IMG/VR virus record: IMGVR_UViG_3300020388_000050
Location: 1-29,119 of that record
Strand: one strand, 5' to 3'
DNA: 29,119 nt
DNA from: a virus
Taxonomy: Duplodnaviria > Caudoviricetes
The translations under genes were made by a program, and so were the position numbers. The notes under the pieces are model-generated. The model saw only the letters and a program-made list of their open reading frames with translations. It did no database searches and was not told where the DNA came from. Shown piece after piece: positions 8,940 to 18,713 of the stretch. Positions within the stretch are counted from its first letter, which is position 1. The number at the start of each line of letters is the position of its first letter.

Positions 8940-11005
8940 TATGGTACTCTATCCTTTGTTTCATCAAATATTCTTTGCATTTTTTCTTTTCGTAATCGTT
9001 TTTTCTCAAACGCCTCTAAATCTTTTACTGCTTGTTCTTCTTCTTGACGTTTTACTTTGTCAGCAAAAGTATCTTTAACTAGCTTTAGAGGGAGTTGAAG
9101 CCAAACGGTTTGACCATCTTTGTACTCAACAGTTGCAGGCACTTCTAATGGAGATCCATCATCTTCTTTGAAGTAAACAACATCATCATTAGTATCTACA
9201 ATCAATTCATATTTATCTATGTCTATACCTTCAGTTTTGTTTGGTGGTGTCCCGTCTACATCAATATTAGTTTCATCATAAAAGAAACCAACTATATCTG
9301 TTTCTTGTATTATGTTTTTTTCTGTATTAAGTTTATCTTTAAGAACTTCAATTGCTGTAACTTTAAAAGCATCATAATTATCTTTAGTAACACCAAAAGC
9401 ATTTAATTTATATTTACTAATGTAACGATCATTAACAACTTCGTAATGCTCCTCTAAAAACTTTTCAGTTAATTTTATATAATCAGATTCAACGCCACCT
9501 ACTATATTTTTAAAGTATTTAGCAGTCATATAAGCTAACTCTTGGTTATTGGCGTTAGCCATATTTGCAGATGAAAATAGTTGTATCTTCTGTTTATCTG
9601 ATGAAGTTAAATCATTAATTTCTTGGGTAGTTGTATCCATAGAACCCATACTTTTAATAACATCTCTAGGGTCTTCACCTGCTTGTATTCTTAAATTAGC
9701 AACATAATATTTAAATTTATTTTTATCATTTTCTTCAAAGTAAATACCTGTAATTCCATTTTTTTCTAAAGCGGCATAAACTTCTAAAGCTAATTTATTA
9801 TCTTCAGTATATTCTCTAGTTAATGGCTTACTTAATAAATCTAATATAGGCTTTACTGGTTCATTTCTTTTTAAACCAGGCATTAAAGTTAAAGTAGTTG
9901 CTACAAACGCATCAGCATCAGACCTACCCTCTGATTTTTTAATTCTATATTCTTTGTTAAAAAGATCTGTACCTAATTGTGTTCTATCTGCTTTAGACAT
10001 AGAACCAACATTGCCTATAAACCAACTTGCACCATTATTATTTAAAGTTATAGCATCAGTTAAAGTTCCAATTAATTTTTCAACTCTTTGTCTATATTCT
10101 TTACTATTTAAAACTGAAGGTGTTCCATCAGGTCTATTAGAAGTTAATAATTCAATATATTCTCTTGAAAATCTACCATCTAATTTAGCGTGCTGTTCAG
10201 CAGAATTAATTAATATTTCATCAAAATCTTTTAAAGATAATGCAGGATTTCTATTTTCTTTCATATCATAAAACATATTTTTAAAATATTTAGACATATT
10301 CTTTCTAAAAAATTCAGCTTTTCTTTCCTTGTAGTTATTAGTGTTCATACCTTCAGGATCATTAGCTAATTCGTCAGTATAAAAATCTATTTCTAATTGT
10401 TCTTCAACTTTATTAGGTAAAGTTTGTAAAGATAAAGTAGCATTACCAAATACTTTATAACTAAGATCATCTTGTTGTTTTTCAAACTCTTGAACGTTTA
10501 ACCATTGTCTTAGTTTAGCTGTACCCTCATTATAAGCTGATGTAAAAAATTCATCACCTGCTTTATCTACTAAATACTTTTCACTTTCTTGATTATAATG
10601 ATCTTGCCAATTGTAGCCTGCTTCATTTCTTTGAGCATAATAATCGTTTTTAAATTGTGCATTAAAATCTTCTACAGAGTTAACAGCATATTGTTTGTAT
10701 GCACCGTATCTTGCCCAACCATTAAAAATATCAGGAAATCCTTTTTTATGTGCTTCTCTAGCTTCATCTAATGTCATTCCATTAATTTCAGCTTTACCTT
10801 GTTCAAAGTCTTTGTCTGCTTGATCTTTTAAATTTTGATCAGCTAATTTTTTAATAGTAGGATTAATTTTTGCTAATGATGCAGAAAGAGCTCCAAAAGG
10901 ATCTTTACCAACAATTTTTTCTTGGCCAACATTCATTACAGGTTTAGGCGTAGGTGCGTTTTCTAATGCAACATTTATTCCTAGATCTGTATTTGTTTTA
11001 GCCAT
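8939..11005 (-). CDS. gp15: Internal virion protein C-like (gp15 position)
   Basis: 688 aa helical protein between the gp14-like and gp16-like genes. Assigned by size and synteny. Confidence 0.7.
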   Translation of the reverse strand: MAKTNTDLGINVALENAPTPKPVMNVGQEKIVGKDPFGALSASLAKINPTIKKLADQNLKDQADKDFEQGKAEINGMTLDEAREAHKKGFPDIFNGWARYGAYKQYAVNSVEDFNAQFKNDYYAQRNEAGYNWQDHYNQESEKYLVDKAGDEFFTSAYNEGTAKLRQWLNVQEFEKQQDDLSYKVFGNATLSLQTLPNKVEEQLEIDFYTDELANDPEGMNTNNYKERKAEFFRKNMSKYFKNMFYDMKENRNPALSLKDFDEILINSAEQHAKLDGRFSREYIELLTSNRPDGTPSVLNSKEYRQRVEKLIGTLTDAITLNNNGASWFIGNVGSMSKADRTQLGTDLFNKEYRIKKSEGRSDADAFVATTLTLMPGLKRNEPVKPILDLLSKPLTREYTEDNKLALEVYAALEKNGITGIYFEENDKNKFKYYVANLRIQAGEDPRDVIKSMGSMDTTTQEINDLTSSDKQKIQLFSSANMANANNQELAYMTAKYFKNIVGGVESDYIKLTEKFLEEHYEVVNDRYISKYKLNAFGVTKDNYDAFKVTAIEVLKDKLNTEKNIIQETDIVGFFYDETNIDVDGTPPNKTEGIDIDKYELIVDTNDDVVYFKEDDGSPLEVPATVEYKDGQTVWLQLPLKLVKDTFADKVKRQEEEQAVKDLEAFEKKRLRKEKMQRIFDETKDRVP

Positions 11006-11565
11006 TATGGAGCATCTCCTACAAGAACACCTTGATTTCCTCCTGATGGAGTTTTAGGTGCTGAATTAGCCATATACATTCCACCAATATCAACACTTGC
11101 TTCAAGAGCATAGGTTGCCCAACTAGGTTTGTATGCTCTAGGTAATTTTAATATTTGATTGCTATACATTCTGTTTTGAGCAAGCCTGTTTGTAGCAATA
11201 CCTCTAATTTTATTTTCGTAGTTTAAATCTATTGTGTTTAGTTCTTTACCTGCATTTCGAGCTATATCTCCAAGTACGCTGACAAATAAATTACCACCAA
11301 CACCTTTCTCACCTAAAGATGCTCTAGCCTCACCTTCGACTTGTAATTTTCTATCTGATATTTTTGCTTTTTGAAAACTTGCTTTTTGATCAGCTTCTTC
11401 TTTTTTTCTAATAAAAGCATTGTCAGTGTAGATAGCTTCATCTCGTAAAGTAGCTGCTTTAGTTTGTGTATCCCTATTTATATTTTTAGCTTTTGCTTTA
11501 TCTGATTGGTACTGCGTATAACCTTGTAATACTCTAGTTGCTATATACGCTTCGGGTGTACACAT
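11005..11565 (-). CDS. gp14: Internal virion protein B-like (gp14 position)
   Basis: 186 aa with an MC- start, a helical Q/A/K-rich middle and a GEKGVGG motif. Synteny after gp13. Confidence 0.75.
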   Translation of the reverse strand: MCTPEAYIATRVLQGYTQYQSDKAKAKNINRDTQTKAATLRDEAIYTDNAFIRKKEEADQKASFQKAKISDRKLQVEGEARASLGEKGVGGNLFVSVLGDIARNAGKELNTIDLNYENKIRGIATNRLAQNRMYSNQILKLPRAYKPSWATYALEASVDIGGMYMANSAPKTPSGGNQGVLVGDAP

Positions 11566-11567
11566 AT

Positions 11568-12026
11568 TTATTTCTTCTCCTTATAAAATCCATAAAATAA
11601 AACATCGCTAAATGTTTTTTCGTTAATAATTCTAAACCCACACCATTTAAGCCAAGTTAAATGAAGTTTGTTTCTACTATCTATATAATTAAATAATACA
11701 GGAAACTTATCCTGCATTTCTTTGACTCTGTTTTTACACTCACGTAAAAACTTTATCTTAATCTTTTTAATTTTAGGTGTGCATAATAAAAATGGAGATC
11801 CAATAGTTTTGTCATCAAGTGCCGCCACTACTCCATAGATACCTACAATCTCATCATCTACAAAAAAGGATCTACAATAATCAGTCATTGTAAAACCTTT
11901 TAGTAAAGTTTTTTCTATATCATCTGTACCTGATTTAGCTTTTATTTCTTCTGCATCTTCAGGTCTTAAATCTTTTACTAATAATTTTATATGCTCTGCT
12001 GTTGCTTCTATTTCATCTATTTTCAT
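11568..12026 (-). CDS. gp13: gp13-like protein, GNAT acyltransferase-like fold
   Basis: Start re-called to ATG 12026 (TAATG-coupled to gp12), 152 aa. Motifs LRPEDAEEI, LFNYIDSRN and WLKWCGF are typical of the gp13 family and GNAT motif B. Confidence 0.8.
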   Translation of the reverse strand: MKIDEIEATAEHIKLLVKDLRPEDAEEIKAKSGTDDIEKTLLKGFTMTDYCRSFFVDDEIVGIYGVVAALDDKTIGSPFLLCTPKIKKIKIKFLRECKNRVKEMQDKFPVLFNYIDSRNKLHLTWLKWCGFRIINEKTFSDVLFYGFYKEKK

Positions 12027-14419
12027 TATGTTATTATTCGTTGAGAAAGAACAGAATATAATCCCTCCCACTCTGCCGATAAAAAGTTGCAAGGTAAGTA
12101 ACTATCGGAAGATATGAATATAACTGCATCTGTGTTTTTACATTGTATAGGAAATTTAAAAGTACCACTTTCTAAATTAGGTTGCCCAATAGTAAATGTG
12201 CTAGATCCTAGTACTTGCCCTGTAAATTTATATATAGATGTGTCTCTTGCTAATGGAGTTAGATTTACTTCAAAGAAACCTGTGTCTCCAAATATAATAC
12301 TCATTTTTTTAAGTTGTAATCTACCTGTATTAACAGATGTAGAATTACCACTTGCCTTTTGTTCTCTCACATAAAAAGTTGCAAATTGATATTTAAAAGT
12401 ATACTTACGTCCTGCTAACACTGGGTTAGCTGAATAATCACCATCTACTAGAATTGTAGTATTTGTTTTACTCGCAATAGGAATATTTCTACCTTTTTGT
12501 GTTGATGACCAAGCACCACCTAATACAACGTCCATTGATCCTGATTCTTCATATGGTAATGTAAATGTAGTTTTATCTGTGCCACTATCATAACTTCCTG
12601 ACAAACTCGTTTTTCGATCTAATAAAACAGGAAAATCTAAACCAGTATCTACTTCATTTGTTTTTAAATTTAACTTTTCTAAATATGTACCATCAGCTCT
12701 TTTAACAACCATATACAAATAGTTTTGAATACAATCTCCATCAAGTAATACATCTGCATCAGCAAATTTGTATTTAGACCAAGATCTTTGTAATGCTTTT
12801 GATCCTGTATCAAAGTAATACTTATAAACAAATAAAGAGTTTCTTTCCCCTGAAGCAAATGCAAACAATGTATTTTCAGCAGAAGATCCTTTTAGTCCTG
12901 TAAGGCCACCAGTAATGTATCTTGGTAAATTAACTGTTGTATCTAAAGCATCTTTAATTTCAGTATCAGCATTTACATAATATTCTCTAACACCTGCAAA
13001 ACTACCTCTAGATATTCCAAAGTAAATATTTTGTCCTAGACCAATAGGTTTAACACCATCATCTATTTCATACTCAGTAGTTTGATTAATAGATACAGTT
13101 TTAGCTGAAAGTATTTCTTCAGCATCTAATGTAAATTGTGATTGATCAGAAAATAAAACTAACTGTTCATTAAATGGTACAGCATATTTTAAGATAGAAA
13201 CTTTATTGTGACTAACAGCTAAATCAATCATATCATCATCAATTGATGTAGTTACTGTTGTAGCCCAAAATGTAAAAAACTTACCTGCTTTAGAAAAGAT
13301 TACATTTTCATCAGACAAAAAGCCAAGTCTATTTCTATAAAAGAATATATCATTTATTTTTCTTCCAACGAATGTAGGGTCGGGGCTTGTTACCTCGTCC
13401 CCTACAGTTCGAGATGCAAATTCAGGCTCCGTATATGAAGTACCACTAACCGTGTAAGATGAGCCGTCTGCTTTGCAAAACCTAAAATTTCCGTCAGCAG
13501 TTCGTATTAATAAATGTGGCATTGTTGATGTATCAAATGAATTATCTAATCCATCTTTTACAGTTTCAACCCAAGCAGTTCCGTCCCACTTTACAAAGTA
13601 ATTATCAAATTCAGTTCCGCCATCACCAACTATTTCTGTAACAAACCCATTGTATCCTTTATAGGGTAAGTCAGCAAACGAGTTAGTTTTATCTTTTACT
13701 AAAATTAAACCATCACCACCAAGTCCATCAGAAACTTCTGCTGTAAATGTTCCTGAATTTTTAGAAACATAAATAATAGAACCATCTCTACTAATTGTGT
13801 AACCTGATAAATTACTGTTTAAGTTGTTAGTTAATTGGGTTGCAATATTATCTGTAGTAATTGATGAAGCATTTGACGCATTAGAATTATCTAAAGTTGT
13901 AAAACTAGCAACAGACGCACCATCTATTTTAATTTCATACGTTGTTCTGTATTGACCATTCTTAACATAAAACAAAGCTTCATCAGGTCGTGTTGTAGAT
14001 GCACTTCCTGACATTGCTGTTGTTTTAGTTTTGTTAACAATAAAAGTATAGTCAGCAACAGTTACTAAATTAAAATCGTCTTGTGGTGCTGATGACGTTA
14101 AATAAGAAAGACCATCAGGTGTAACTACAGTTTTATTGTTACCTTGTAAGTCATAAACTTTTATAGATTGATTATTAACTAAAACAGCATACTGTTCATT
14201 TTGATCTCTATTAATAATATGTACTTTACTGTTTGTTAACGTATCAGTATTTAATTTTGCTATGTGTTCTGTAGGCGGTCTTTTACCTAAACCAGTAATA
14301 ATATCAGAAAGAGCATTTTCTTGTATAGTTGCTTGATTGGGTAATTTTATTGTGTCGGGTTGCTGTGACACCCCATTCAATAAATTTGGAATTGAATTTG
14401 AAATTAATCTTGCACTCAT
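12026..14419 (-). CDS. gp12: Tail tubular protein B (nozzle)
   Basis: 797 aa with SIPNLLNGVSQQP, GLGKRPP, TMPHLL, FYRNRLGFL and GRLQL, all T7 gp12 family motifs. Confidence 0.95.
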   Translation of the reverse strand: MSARLISNSIPNLLNGVSQQPDTIKLPNQATIQENALSDIITGLGKRPPTEHIAKLNTDTLTNSKVHIINRDQNEQYAVLVNNQSIKVYDLQGNNKTVVTPDGLSYLTSSAPQDDFNLVTVADYTFIVNKTKTTAMSGSASTTRPDEALFYVKNGQYRTTYEIKIDGASVASFTTLDNSNASNASSITTDNIATQLTNNLNSNLSGYTISRDGSIIYVSKNSGTFTAEVSDGLGGDGLILVKDKTNSFADLPYKGYNGFVTEIVGDGGTEFDNYFVKWDGTAWVETVKDGLDNSFDTSTMPHLLIRTADGNFRFCKADGSSYTVSGTSYTEPEFASRTVGDEVTSPDPTFVGRKINDIFFYRNRLGFLSDENVIFSKAGKFFTFWATTVTTSIDDDMIDLAVSHNKVSILKYAVPFNEQLVLFSDQSQFTLDAEEILSAKTVSINQTTEYEIDDGVKPIGLGQNIYFGISRGSFAGVREYYVNADTEIKDALDTTVNLPRYITGGLTGLKGSSAENTLFAFASGERNSLFVYKYYFDTGSKALQRSWSKYKFADADVLLDGDCIQNYLYMVVKRADGTYLEKLNLKTNEVDTGLDFPVLLDRKTSLSGSYDSGTDKTTFTLPYEESGSMDVVLGGAWSSTQKGRNIPIASKTNTTILVDGDYSANPVLAGRKYTFKYQFATFYVREQKASGNSTSVNTGRLQLKKMSIIFGDTGFFEVNLTPLARDTSIYKFTGQVLGSSTFTIGQPNLESGTFKFPIQCKNTDAVIFISSDSYLPCNFLSAEWEGLYSVLSQRIIT

Positions 14420-15033
14420 TATTCATCGCTAATTGTAGTTTTCGCAGGTTGAAAGTTATCTCTATCTATAACTCTATATGTACTGTAGTTATCAAAGATA
14501 CTATGATCTCTAGTATCTCCTTCGTGTTCTTTTAATGCAGATAAAGCTTGTAGTTCATCAACTTGGTGAAACGTATGTAAAGTTTCTGAAGCTAACATTC
14601 TATCTTGAAATATTCTTGCCGCACGAATTGTAATATATCTTCTTGCAGTTTCCGGTAATTCTATAAATTCTAAAAACCAAGTAATGTTAACTCTAATATC
14701 TTTAGTAATAGTGTAAGTATGGTTTTCTCTATCCCAAAGTTTTCTACCTCTTTCTACTAAATCTTTGTCAGCATCTTTATTTGAATTATCAACTCTCAAA
14801 GCATTAGATGGTAATTCAATTTGATTAGATGCGTTTTTAGTTAATAAATAATTTGTATCTGTGTTAAAATGCCAACCAACACTTTGTACTTCTCTTGATA
14901 CATTATCTAATATTTGTAAAGCAATTGATACATCTGTTGTAGTTGAAGATGTAATTGTGTTAACAGGGCTTTCCCCTATCGCTGTAAGCATTGTATTAAC
15001 TGCTTCCAATTTTGAAGTAACTGTAGTTGTCAT
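14419..15033 (-). CDS. gp11: Tail tubular protein A (adaptor)
   Basis: LEAVNTMLTAIGESPV, VQSVGWHFN and YITIRAARIFQ match the T7 gp11 family. Confidence 0.95.
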   Translation of the reverse strand: MTTTVTSKLEAVNTMLTAIGESPVNTITSSTTTDVSIALQILDNVSREVQSVGWHFNTDTNYLLTKNASNQIELPSNALRVDNSNKDADKDLVERGRKLWDRENHTYTITKDIRVNITWFLEFIELPETARRYITIRAARIFQDRMLASETLHTFHQVDELQALSALKEHEGDTRDHSIFDNYSTYRVIDRDNFQPAKTTISDE

Positions 15034-15045
15034 AATATAAATTTT

Positions 15046-15075
15046 ATAAAAGAGAGGCGACCGAAGCCGCCTCCC
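15046..15075 (-). terminator. Intrinsic terminator after the capsid gene (T-phi equivalent)
   Basis: Minus strand GGGAGGCGGC-TTCG-GTCGCCTCTC-TTTTAT: a 10-bp stem (2 G-U pairs), a C(UUCG)G tetraloop and a short U tract. Same position as T7 T-phi. Confidence 0.9.
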
Positions 15076-15097
15076 AAAGTAAAACTAACGTAATTAA

Positions 15098-16036
15098 TTA
15101 CGAAGTTTTGATTTCAATCGAACAGATTGGATTTAAAGGTGCGTGACCCATAGCGTATTTAGCTACCATTAACGTACCTTGTCTTTGGATTTGGTATTCC
15201 ATCTCCGTAGAAAGATCCATTAATTTAACTGTTCCAACTGCATTTTTCTGCCAAACACAACCAACTGTAGTTGAGAAGTTTCCAGCAAAATTTGTGCTAG
15301 AACCTTGATCAACACCAGAACTGATGTTTGAAGATGGTAAGTTGTTTGTAGGTACAATGTTAATACCTGCAACTTTAAGAACTTTACCATCAGAGTAAGA
15401 ACCTGATCCGCCCCAATCTCTGTTAATAACAGTAGTCGCTTGGATTAGATTGTAATATACCGCAGGAGAAACAGCACAATATCTGTCTTCCGCAGGTACA
15501 TCAGCTGCATCTAATTTTTCAGCCGCACTAAAAATAGTTGCTGCCGCAGAAGCCGCATTAGTTGCGAAGTCAGCGTCAGTTAGAGCTTCCCCTGCAGCTT
15601 GAGGTGCAGCAGCGCCTGCTCTACTATTTAAGATTAAGTTTTGATAGACGTGTTTGTCCATTTGATTTGCAAGAGCTCTACCAAGTTCTTTTGAGTAGAT
15701 AGATCTAACATCGTAATGAGACATTGCTTCGTCTATTTTTGCGATAAATACTGGTGCAATTAATAAGTTCTCAATAGAGATTGTTCTCTCATTGTGAGTT
15801 ATTGAACCACCAGTAATTTCGTTTCCTGCTGTGTGGTATGAAGCTGTTGCTTTACCAACGATAGGAAACTGTGCACTTTTACCAGAGCTAATAGTTCTGA
15901 CTAAGTGCTTGTCTAGTGTCGAGTTTGCTGTTTCAAAAGCAGTAATAACTTCTCCCGCAAATACTTTTAAAAAGTTTGCAGTAGTACTACCTGATCCAGC
16001 ATTCTGACCTATATTTGATACAGTATAATTTGACAT
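15098..16036 (-). CDS. gp10: Major capsid protein
   Basis: FLKVFAGEVITAF, RTISSGKSAQFP, HYDVRSIYSKELGRALA and AKYAMGH match the T7 gp10 family. Confidence 0.97.
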   Translation of the reverse strand: MSNYTVSNIGQNAGSGSTTANFLKVFAGEVITAFETANSTLDKHLVRTISSGKSAQFPIVGKATASYHTAGNEITGGSITHNERTISIENLLIAPVFIAKIDEAMSHYDVRSIYSKELGRALANQMDKHVYQNLILNSRAGAAAPQAAGEALTDADFATNAASAAATIFSAAEKLDAADVPAEDRYCAVSPAVYYNLIQATTVINRDWGGSGSYSDGKVLKVAGINIVPTNNLPSSNISSGVDQGSSTNFAGNFSTTVGCVWQKNAVGTVKLMDLSTEMEYQIQRQGTLMVAKYAMGHAPLNPICSIEIKTS

Positions 16037-16052
16037 TATATATATCTCCTTA
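16037..16052 (-). promoter_or_regulatory. Strong ribosome-binding site of the capsid gene
   Basis: TAAGGAGATATATATA-ATG, close to the T7 gene 10 leader AAGGAGATATACATATG. Confidence 0.85.
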
Positions 16053-16077
16053 TGTTATAGGTTAGTTGCTAATTAAG

Positions 16078-16136
16078 CGTAGTAATTTCAGTCACAGAAT
16101 TATCCGTCCTCAAACGGGTTAAGTCTTACTTTTACG
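16078..16136 (-). other. Candidate structured RNA element in the capsid 5' leader
   Basis: Inner hairpin CCGTT-TGAG-GACGG followed by ATAAT, enclosed by the outer pairing CGT(AAA)AGTAA...TTACTACG. Confidence 0.5.
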
Positions 16137-16142
16137 TGCTAT

Positions 16143-16159
16143 TCTAGGACAGCAATATA
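16143..16159 (-). promoter_or_regulatory. Candidate phage RNAP promoter (phi10 position)
   Basis: TATATTGCTGTCCTAGA shares the core TTGCTSTCYTRGA with the copy at 18910-18926. Confidence 0.5.
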
Positions 16160-16170
16160 TCCACAGAATC

Positions 16171-16914
16171 TTATAAAACTTTTGATCTAGATACTTTATC
16201 GGCAACCATTTTTCTAAATGCACTATCTGTAGCGTATCTAGGGTCTGCCATATCAGCTTTCATTTGACCAACACTTTCGTATGCTGTTCCTGATTGCTGA
16301 GCATTGTTACCTGTTACTAGATTTGGCTCTTTAGTTTCAGATTGATAACGAGCATACATACCTTTTATAGTAAATAATGCTGTATCATTATCTTTGCCAA
16401 TATTATCATTAAACTGTTGTATTTCAGCTTCAGGTAAATTTTCTGTAATCCAATCAGTCATCTTTGTATAATTATCTTCACCACCAGTGCTATCAAAAGC
16501 TTGTTGTTCAAACTTTGAAGCAACAGCATCTAAGCCAGCAAGATAATTATCTATATAAGATTTAGGTAATCCTGCTTTCTCTAGTGATTGAATTGTATCA
16601 TTACTAAGTTCACCATTTTCTTCAAACTCTTTTTCAGCAGAAGTAAAATCAAAATTAACAGGTTTATCTGCTTCAAGTTTTGTTTCTTCTTTTGGTGTCT
16701 CAGATTGTTTTCTTTCTAACTCTTGATAAGATTTAATTAAATCATCTTGTGATTTAAATTTACCAAGTATCAACTCCTCCTTTACAGGTTCGGGAGTTGG
16801 TGCTGTTTCATTAGTTGCAACGTTATTTGCATCATCAGCTTTTTTAGACATTTCGTCTATATATTCCTGCGTTTCTTTTACTTCTTCAGCAGGTACATCT
16901 ACTTTCTCGGCCAT
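16171..16914 (-). CDS. gp9: Capsid scaffolding protein
   Basis: Acidic protein with GKFKSQDDLIKSYQELE, GGEDNY...W and DMADPRYATDSAFRKMV. Lies between portal and capsid. Confidence 0.93.
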   Translation of the reverse strand: MAEKVDVPAEEVKETQEYIDEMSKKADDANNVATNETAPTPEPVKEELILGKFKSQDDLIKSYQELERKQSETPKEETKLEADKPVNFDFTSAEKEFEENGELSNDTIQSLEKAGLPKSYIDNYLAGLDAVASKFEQQAFDSTGGEDNYTKMTDWITENLPEAEIQQFNDNIGKDNDTALFTIKGMYARYQSETKEPNLVTGNNAQQSGTAYESVGQMKADMADPRYATDSAFRKMVADKVSRSKVL

Positions 16915-16923
16915 TGTTTCTCC

Positions 16924-18474
16924 TTATTGTTTTTTAGCTCGTTCTTTAAAACTATCCCTGACCATACCCATGCCTTCTTTTACGACAGCAGGGGAATTTT
17001 GTTGCATCATCATTTGTTCTTGCATTGCACTTTGCTCTGCTTGTATCTGTTCAGGAGATTTAATTAATCCTTCCATCTCCACACCAAGAGAAGTACCAAC
17101 TCGTTTAACATACTCATCTAAATTTAAATATGTCATTAGTTGTTCTGCAAATGGTTGTAGTTGTTGAACAAATGTGTTTAATCTTTGTAAATCACTTGAT
17201 CTACCTAAAGCTTCTAATCCTGTTACAATTTTAGGACGTATACTTTCTTTAGGTAAAGTAGGTAATGCTTTCTTTCTTTCCATTTGAAACATTAATCTGT
17301 TTATTAATGGAAGTTGTAATTCTTGCGATAATAAAGAATACAAGCCACCTAAACTATCGTCTAATTCTTTAGATACATAATTTATTTCTGTAGCTGTAAC
17401 TCTGTCATTATTTCTTTGTACAGATGTATTTAACATAAATGCAAACTGTAATCTTTCTTCAATCAATTTCATTGTTTGAAATGCTATATTAAAATCAGAA
17501 AACTTATTAACTTGAAGTGTAGTTACATCTTCAGCATTACCTTCACGGATTGCTCCATTAGGACTTTCTGACAATGTTTTTAAACGAGTTGATCCATTTG
17601 GTTTTACTAAAAATAAAACTTTACTTGCCGCCGCAGATCCTTCAACAACAGATCTGTATAATGCTTCAAGAGATCTAAGATCACCAATATATTCTTCTAT
17701 AAATCCTCTACCATAGTCAGCGTTATCTATTGAAGTATATCTTAAAGGTATAAATGCGTTTTTATCTATAGGATAAGTTCCTACAGATGAAGGTACTATT
17801 TGTTCATAAATTTCTTGATGTACTTCCCATTTTTTACCGTTAGCTGATCTTTTAACACAAGTGTAAATTTCACAAGTGTCATCATAACCATCTTTATCTT
17901 TATCTCCTTCAACTAATAATCTTTGTTCTTCAGTTAAAGATGATGGCGAAACCATATCTTTTGTAATAATTTCTAATACATTACCTATTCCATCTCTTTT
18001 AACTACAAATCTATCTAAATGATAAACTTTCATTTTAAGATCAGGTGTGATGTATAATAAAACATTACCACATATAATTAAATGTTTGATTGCTTCAAAT
18101 AATGCGTTTCTGAAATTGTTAACTTCCATTTCATTCATAACTACACGTTCTATAGAACCCATAGCTTTTTCAAACTCACCTTTCATATCATCTCGACCTG
18201 AAAGTTCAGACAAAGTAAACTCGTCTAACGTTAGTCTAAAGAATGGTTGATTAGGGGGAAGTAAAGCTAGAAGTAGCTTTGATGAAAGGTTATTAGTACC
18301 TCTAGCACCAATACCTTGATATGGAGTATGTAGTGTAGTGTGTTTACTGTGATATTCACGAGGCATTATAGATGGGATCGTAAACTCGGCACTGTCTCGT
18401 GCTCTATCTAAAAACGGATCTCTTATAGCTTCAAGAGTGTTATATCTTGATTTAGCTGTAGTATATTTTGCCAT
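16924..18474 (-). CDS. gp8: Head-tail connector (portal)
   Basis: PYQGIGARGTNNLSSKLLLALLPP, YGRGFIEEY, RVTATEI and TGLEALGR match the T7 gp8 family. Confidence 0.97.
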   Translation of the reverse strand: MAKYTTAKSRYNTLEAIRDPFLDRARDSAEFTIPSIMPREYHSKHTTLHTPYQGIGARGTNNLSSKLLLALLPPNQPFFRLTLDEFTLSELSGRDDMKGEFEKAMGSIERVVMNEMEVNNFRNALFEAIKHLIICGNVLLYITPDLKMKVYHLDRFVVKRDGIGNVLEIITKDMVSPSSLTEEQRLLVEGDKDKDGYDDTCEIYTCVKRSANGKKWEVHQEIYEQIVPSSVGTYPIDKNAFIPLRYTSIDNADYGRGFIEEYIGDLRSLEALYRSVVEGSAAASKVLFLVKPNGSTRLKTLSESPNGAIREGNAEDVTTLQVNKFSDFNIAFQTMKLIEERLQFAFMLNTSVQRNNDRVTATEINYVSKELDDSLGGLYSLLSQELQLPLINRLMFQMERKKALPTLPKESIRPKIVTGLEALGRSSDLQRLNTFVQQLQPFAEQLMTYLNLDEYVKRVGTSLGVEMEGLIKSPEQIQAEQSAMQEQMMMQQNSPAVVKEGMGMVRDSFKERAKKQ

Positions 18475-18483
18475 GTTTATCTA

Positions 18484-18711
18484 TTAAGGTACGTTTGCAC
18501 CTGTTCCACTTGAACCTACGCCAACTTGTAAAGGTATTCTTAATGCTTGTTTTCCTCTTTTTTTAGAATAGCTAACTTTACTAGATGTATTTGTTTGCAC
18601 TGCCTTTGGTGCTTTCTCTCTTAAACGAGTTGAAGAAGCATTGATTTCGGTTGCAGGCGGAGCTGGCACGGGAGGTGGTGGAGGTAATTTGGGTCTTGAA
18701 AATCCACACAT
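18484..18711 (-). CDS. Small virion protein (gp6.7/gp7.3-like)
   Basis: MC- start, poly-Pro stretch and KKRGKQALRIPL C-terminal motif. Immediately upstream of portal. Confidence 0.7.
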   Translation of the reverse strand: MCGFSRPKLPPPPPVPAPPATEINASSTRLREKAPKAVQTNTSSKVSYSKKRGKQALRIPLQVGVGSSGTGANVP

Positions 18712-18713
18712 AT

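Noticed and set aside
15034-15130. T7 10B-type capsid frameshift extension
   Set aside because: There is no obvious slippery site, and the terminator begins about 22 nt after the stop, leaving no room for an extension domain.
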